Below, piece after piece: positions 61,756-64,000 of a stretch of DNA of 64,000 nucleotides. The number at the start of each line of letters is the position of its first letter. Position 1 is the first letter of the stretch. The notes under the pieces are model-generated. The model was not told the DNA's origin. It did no database searches and worked only from the letters and a program-made list of their open reading frames with translations. The stretch covers positions 1-64,000 of the forward strand of contig NW_026864499.1 in assembly GCF_026571515.1 (NCBI RefSeq), given 5' to 3'. The translations under genes were made by a program, and so were the position numbers. Source of the DNA: Ruditapes philippinarum. Its lineage: Eukaryota.

Positions 61756-64000
61756 CTTTAAATGGAAATAAAACGAATTACAAATAACATTACAAATGAA
61801 ATTATAGCAATACTAGGCCTACATATTTTGATATCATTTCAAATAAATGTTGGTTTTGGAAAAAGACAAGCATGGTAATAAATATATAACCGAGCAAGCA
61901 AGCGACTGAACGAACGTACAAACAAAAAATATAACTAATAAATACAACACAGACAAGTAGTTGTAGTCAAAAAGCAAACATTCAAAATTTAAATCATAAC
62001 GGACAGGCAGACTAAGAGATACAGCATCCTATAAAAATAGCCCACTCAATTTCATTTGTCCTAGGGAGGGTAATTTGTTAAGGCAAAAAAGCTGAATAAC
62101 AAATATATTGATAGGATCAAGTTAAATTTCTTTACTCTAACTCATATCCCGTATAAATGGGTTTGTGCTGCTTTGACAGCTCATTGCTTTATGGTTGACA
62201 GATATCCTCAAAACGTGAAAGCATAAGTATTCAAAGTTAACGTTTTAATGGTTTGCTGGGTATGATAAAATAAATATTACATTCTGCAGTGCAATATGAT
62301 AATTATGATATAGTTTATATAAGGGACTGACTTTGTTATGCACAAAAAGTATTGTCTTTAACTTTTTTATCCTTTTCCCTGGAAATATTGAGGTTGACAT
62401 TAATGATATGTAGCAAACCTTTCATGTTGGACATTTATTCCAAAATACTTCTTAATAGCCACGGTATAAAATACATTATAAGAGAAATTATAGTCAAGTA
62501 TGACAATTTTAAAGCGATTGGTACACACTATTCTGCAGTATATCACAATTTGATGCACCAGTAAAGAAATTAATTATCAAATTATCTTTTATGTCAATGC
62601 ATTAACTCGTACTTTAGCATAACTGTGAAATCATTCTTACATAGAGAATGTAGTTGTATGACCGTACAATGGGCTTTTTTCTGGCAATTTCGACATTTAA
62701 GAAGTCATTCTTAAACTTTTATTTCCTCGAGCCATCAACATTTATGAAAGAAACGTGTCCTATATATTCAAGTTTTACAATAATTTGATGGCTTCTTATG
62801 GAAAAAAATCATTTGAAGCTTCTCCATGAAACGACATTTTTGTTACGTTTGTGATATTTCTTATTCTTTCTGTTTGATCATTTCATAGTTGGATGGTTCC
62901 ATGTTTTAAATGTGTCTTGACGGTCTGTTATATTCTAGCTTATTAACCTTTGGTTCACAAAGAATTCTTAAACTAAGGGATCACACGCACGCTAACTTTT
63001 TGACACGAATTTGTCACAATTACCGCCGTATGAAGATCGAACGAGGATGTTTTTAATTCTAAAGATTTCGCAATAGATATGCTAAAATGATGCATTTTGT
63101 TTAGATCCGTGTCTGGTGACGGAAGTGGTCGGACAACAGTTTGCATTTGCCATTACCACTCATGAAGGGACTTTGCACCATTTTCAATAGATATTTAAGA
63201 CAAAAAATATACGCTGGTAGTATTAACAGTCCCTTTTCATGTAATCTTACATACTTAGGTAGCTAAATATCAGCTCGATTCTGATTCTCACAAAATTTTT
63301 TGGCTATCACGAGGCATAGATTAAAATGTGTATTAAATTACACAAATCTAGCCAAATCTATTACGAGCAATAAACATTTATATTCTTAATTAGTTCAATA
63401 AGAACTTAAATAGTTTGTATCATGTTCTTAAGCATACGTCATTTTCTAGCTCAATAAACGTATGCTAGTTAATTTATGTTTAATCATTCAAGATCCTATT
63501 TTGAAATCTGCAAACGTTCCTGTAAACCGTTTTAAAAAAATACGAAAAGCAAAGCAAACGTTTTAAGCGTTAAGGCGTTAAGGTTTAACTCACAAATGAA
63601 CTACAATTATGTTAATGACAATGATATAAATTTCACATCACATACTTTTTGTACGTCAATGTTGTCGGCACCTGTAAAAAGAGTCATTGTTCTGTTTCTA
63701 AATAATGTACAAAAAGGTCGTTCCTTTATCACAACTTTGAAACAAACTTGCGTTTATGGTGTAATACCTGATTGCCTGAAATTATTATAGAAGTCAAACT
63801 TAAACAAAATATAACTACACATTACACACCTTACACGTCTTATAACGTTTAAAGGTTATATGATTTATGTGTCATTGAATTAATTAAGACGCAACCAGGT
63901 CACAGGATTTGCAATTATGAATTTTGAATGAACAGTAATCACATCTATGCCAATTATTTGAACATTAATATATATAATAAGTTTAGTTTCATTCCGAAAT

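Overview
AT-rich animal (eukaryotic) genomic DNA with GT-AG introns. The repeat content suggests a bivalve mollusc, probably a clam (inference). From left to right: (1) a decayed animal EnSpm/CACTA (CMC) transposon, with a frameshifted transposase, the start of its second gene, a probable upstream non-coding exon/promoter and nested MITEs; (2) a nearly intact ~5.1 kb CR1-group LINE abutting that transposon's subterminal repeats, whose ORF1 and ORF2 are in the same frame separated by one TAG with no ATG for ORF2; (3) an intronless TPBG/5T4-like LRR membrane-protein gene; (4) a 7-exon gene for a ~900 aa protein with a NAL1-like trypsin-fold serine protease domain and C-terminal coiled coil; (5) a second LRR paralogue with a frameshifted signal peptide and GPI-like tail; (6) a tandem pair of clan-2 cytochrome P450 genes, one pseudogene and one intact 8-exon gene; (7) the 3' part of a coiled-coil plus two-Ig-domain gene. 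All host genes are on the minus strand. tRNA-derived SINEs, MITEs, Helentron-like elements and mini/microsatellites fill the gaps. Exon structures were read by eye; no database searches were run.
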